The position numbers were made by a program, and so were the translations under genes. Positions 62,416-64,000 of a stretch of 64,000 nt of DNA are shown here, one piece after another. Position 1 is the first letter of the stretch. Every line of letters starts with the position of its first letter. Under the pieces are notes generated by a model. It was not told the origin of the DNA. It worked only from the letters and a program-made list of their open reading frames with translations, and made no database searches. The stretch is taken from IMG/VR virus record IMGVR_UViG_3300046163_000090, positions 32,001-96,000 of that record, one strand, 5' to 3'. Source of the stretch: a virus.

Positions 62416-62679
62416 TCAACTATCATCGTAGACTCCTTTCATTTCATCAGATAGACCAATCTCTTTATCTTCTTCGTCTATCTCTTCGGCTCTGTCTTTG
62501 AGTAAATACTGAGCTTCGTCTGATACATCTTCCTTTTCCACTTTTCTCAAGCCATTGTTGAGTACAAAAGTCTCAGCTTGTAACTCTCCGACTAATTCCA
62601 TAATCTCAGAGTTGGGTCGAAAGTTTTTGGACTCACGATGGGCGTTTGCGATGATTGCGATTCTTTCTTGTTCTGTCAT
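62416..62679 (-). CDS. Acidic hypothetical protein
   Basis: -10-like TACATT 6 nt before the ATG. Confidence 0.68.
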   Translation of the reverse strand: MTEQERIAIIANAHRESKNFRPNSEIMELVGELQAETFVLNNGLRKVEKEDVSDEAQYLLKDRAEEIDEEDKEIGLSDEMKGVYDDS

Positions 62680-62693
62680 AATAGTAATGTAGT

Positions 62694-62891
62694 TTAGTTT
62701 GAGTATAATGTCAAGTCTTCGTTTTCTAATTGTATACGAACATACGGCTCAGAGTATTCATCCACTTCCATGTCTGCATAACTACAATCAATAAACTCAC
62801 CAATATCTTGCAAGCCATTGTTGTTTGCAAAAGTGTTAACCTTAAACGAGCAAATATCATTGCCGTAGTAATCTTCAATAACTATCTTCAT
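62694..62891 (-). CDS. Acidic hypothetical protein
   Basis: -10-like TATATT 6 nt before the ATG. Confidence 0.65.
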   Translation of the reverse strand: MKIVIEDYYGNDICSFKVNTFANNNGLQDIGEFIDCSYADMEVDEYSEPYVRIQLENEDLTLYSN

Positions 62892-62915
62892 GTTTTTAAT
62901 ATAGTTTAGTTGTGG

Positions 62916-63287
62916 TTAGTAGTCAAGCCCTAAATCTCTTTTAAATTCTGCTTTGTCTTCGATTAGCTCATCAACCCAAACACTTCCTTCGACTTGAGCT
63001 TTTGCCATTAAGATAGATACTTGAGCAGGAGATTGCCAACCGACAACATCGTCAGAAGGAGAAAGTGGAATCATTCCATTTTTGTCGAAAATTGCAACTT
63101 CGTATAAATCTTCTTCCACGCTTCCATATAATCCTCTTCTGCCGTCTTTACCTGCAACAACAGAAATTTCTAGTCCGTTACCAAAGTCAAGCCTTGCTTG
63201 GACTGCGTCATCAGAACCACGATGTGGCTTAAAATCAAGATTGTCAAAGTTTAATAATTCGTTCATTGGTATATTGTTGTTAATCAT
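62916..63287 (-). CDS. Phage hypothetical protein
   Basis: F.NG..ISVV.G....YG.....YEVA......DDV.GW pattern, preceded by its own promoter. Confidence 0.75.
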   Translation of the reverse strand: MINNNIPMNELLNFDNLDFKPHRGSDDAVQARLDFGNGLEISVVAGKDGRRGLYGSVEEDLYEVAIFDKNGMIPLSPSDDVVGWQSPAQVSILMAKAQVEGSVWVDELIEDKAEFKRDLGLDY

Positions 63288-63293
63288 ATAAAC

Positions 63294-63322
63294 ACATTAA
63301 AACTTTTTGCCAATTAATGCAA
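63294..63322 (-). promoter_or_regulatory. Sigma70-like early promoter
   Basis: On the - strand, TTGCAT-17nt-TAATGT with ATG 6 nt downstream. Confidence 0.72.
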
Positions 63323-63352
63323 GAAAAAAGTGAAGTTTTTTACGTTTTGTTG

Positions 63353-63419
63353 TAAGTTGTTGGTTGTTAAGCATTTGTGGCAGCCTGGCTGCCGTAAGTC
63401 GTTGAGGCCCAGCGACTTA
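63353..63419 (-). repeat. 67-bp tripartite palindromic element, copy 5 (inverted)
   Basis: Reverse complement: TAAGTCGCTGGGCCTCAACGACTTA + CGGCAGCCAGGCTGCCA + CAAATGCTTAACAACCAACAACTTA. Confidence 0.9.
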
Positions 63420-63421
63420 GG

Positions 63422-63601
63422 TTAATATCCGAGCCATTCCAAAACTTTCTGTGCTGAGTATCCGTCCTTGTCGCCCATGTCCTCGAAAAATTCGCAAATC
63501 TCTTCATTAGAAGTGATTCCGTGCCTTGCTAATTCTCGCAAAGCACGATCTTGCGAGATATCAATTCCTTGGGCTGAGTCGTAATAAGTTTCTTCGTTCA
63601 T
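63422..63601 (-). CDS. 59-aa hypothetical protein (below ORF-track cut-off)
   Basis: MNEETYYDSAQGIDISQDRALRELARHGITSNEEICEFFEDMGDKDGYSAQKVLEWLGY*. TGcTACATT lies 6 nt upstream and the stop abuts element 5. Confidence 0.7.
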   Translation of the reverse strand: MNEETYYDSAQGIDISQDRALRELARHGITSNEEICEFFEDMGDKDGYSAQKVLEWLGY

Positions 63602-63616
63602 GGTAGTAATGTAGCA

Positions 63617-64000
63617 TTAATGGGCTAAATATGCAATACCTTTTTTGCATCCCTTGATGAAGCATAAGTTGCAATTATGAGCTTGGCAAGTTGCAAGAAT
63701 CTTGCCGTCCTCGCCCTTAACATAAGTTGCAGGGCAAACAAAATGTCCGTCTTGCTCTGCTTTTGTCTTGCTAGTGTAAACTGAAGTGCCCGCGTCGAGT
63801 CCGTCAACTTGTGGAGCTGGCTCATCTACATAAATAGCGCTTGGCTTAATGTTTACATTTTTAAGGCTTGCCAACTTCTGCAAGTGTGGAAGCTGAGAGT
63901 CGCGTTTCCATTCACGAGTTGGAAACCAAAAGCGAATTGTTGGGAATTGTTCGCAAATGCGAATCCACGCGGCAATGTAGCGAGGGGAAAACAAATCGCC
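63617..64000 (-). CDS. GP88-like phage protein, C-terminal part (truncated by window edge)
   Basis: GDLFSPRYIAAW..I....P.IRFWFPTRE, CPA and C..CNLC pattern of the gene-product-88 family; the frame continues beyond the window. Confidence 0.65.
   Translation of the reverse strand, partial: GDLFSPRYIAAWIRICEQFPTIRFWFPTREWKRDSQLPHLQKLASLKNVNIKPSAIYVDEPAPQVDGLDAGTSVYTSKTKAEQDGHFVCPATYVKGEDGKILATCQAHNCNLCFIKGCKKGIAYLAH

Noticed and set aside
1-64000. Stop-codon reassignment as seen in some large phages
   Set aside because: Standard-code ORFs tile the window densely, core genes are intact, and TAA, TAG and TGA all terminate genes.

Overview
This window is from a large, AT-rich tailed dsDNA phage with a siphovirus-type, lambda-like tail tip. 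There are no cellular housekeeping, rRNA or tRNA genes. On the + strand (1-30155) lie a 5'-truncated giant tape-measure protein (>3,690 aa), a gpM/gpL/gpK/fused gpI-gpJ-like tail-tip set, three glycosyltransferase-like genes, a repeat fibre protein and a J-domain protein. On the - strand (30145-58285) lie the head and packaging genes (major capsid, decoration, protease/scaffold, portal, large terminase), an ERCC4 nuclease, a phage sigma factor, holin/spanin candidates, LamG and leishmanolysin-like appendage proteins, PhoH and a second J-domain protein. From about 58470 to the end is an early-type region of tiny genes, most with their own sigma70-like promoter placed for leaderless translation. 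These genes are punctuated by five copies of a 67-bp tripartite palindromic element, two of which are followed by 45-bp tandem arrays. The most notable signals are: (1) this cassette-like repeat architecture; (2) a tape-measure N-terminal region of unrelated domains, including a PD-(D/E)XK nuclease motif, separated by nine G-[FHIV]-[IV]-P-N-F-like motifs, suggesting a processed, injected polyprotein; (3) a GTGTA motif 9-26 nt upstream of about 15 late genes; and (4) glycosyltransferases co-encoded with mucin-like Thr/Pro/Ser virion proteins. All product calls come from reading motifs by eye; no database searches were run.
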